Assembly (NCBI GenBank): GCA_964199315.1
Contig: OZ116705.1
Location: forward strand, 12,028,001 to 12,092,000
Length of the DNA stretch: 64,000 nt
Reading direction: 5' to 3'
DNA from: Orbicella franksi
Taxonomy: Eukaryota
The notes beneath the pieces were generated by a model that was not told the origin of the DNA, searched no databases, and was given only the letters and a program-made list of their open reading frames with translations. Position numbers and translations under genes: made by a program. Positions 63,564 to 64,000 of this stretch are shown here, in pieces (positions within the stretch are counted from its first letter, which is position 1; every line of letters starts with the position of its first letter).

Positions 63564-64000
63564 CTAAACGACAATGATCAAAACACAATACCTTCAAGCT
63601 TTTCACAAAGGTATACATTGTACGTTTCATTTCAAAGCCAGTTCAGCATAAAATATTGGAAGGGCTTGAGGGGAGGGATGGGGAGGGGATGATGTCTCTC
63701 TCTCCCTTGTAAACAAATTTGGCATCTTCCCTCTTGTGGTCAGTTAACTTCGTCATAAATTGTTAGTGTAAATTCCCATTGATACATTTGAAATACGTGA
63801 ATTTTGTTCTTTAAAATGATTCCGTTACACCATACATCCCAGCCTGAAGCCTGCATTGTTAATTTTAATTACGAATTGGATCACTGAATCCGGAGTCTAA
63901 AACACTATCAGTTACTATAGGCTGTCATCCTTGGGGGCGGGGTGGGAAAATTCCCAGGTGAAAAGGTTGGGGAGGTTCGTTTCCTCGCCTAGGGAGGTAA

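Noticed and set aside
1-64000. CRISPR arrays, rRNA, operons
   Set aside because: Eukaryotic spliced DNA; no repeat-spacer arrays or rRNA motifs seen.

Overview
AT-rich, intron-dense animal DNA. The MITE, SINE and LINE families look like those of a stony coral or other anthozoan (inference from recognised repeats). Four spliced genes were reconstructed by hand with consistent exon phases, all on the minus strand: (1) CAND1, 20 coding exons, 15534->636, 3' end off-window; (2) an unrecognised ~694-aa protein with two RFX-like winged-helix domains and coiled coils, 36133->26835, containing a U12-type intron and a probable GC-AG intron; (3) an intact three-exon piggyBac-type transposase, 54094->50305, that keeps one clear TTAA-flanked end; (4) TTC38, last 10 exons, 63563->55435. 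Between them lie many MITEs and SINEs, a collapsed BEL/Pao remnant, and a full-length but decayed RTE LINE with a 12-bp TSD nested in a Tx1/L1 tail. The RTE 5' end folds as an HDV-like ribozyme. A ~190-nt GC-rich island at 17.2-17.4 kb has snRNA-type promoter/terminator features and matches no RNA family I recognise. Most short ORFs in the supplied track are spurious.
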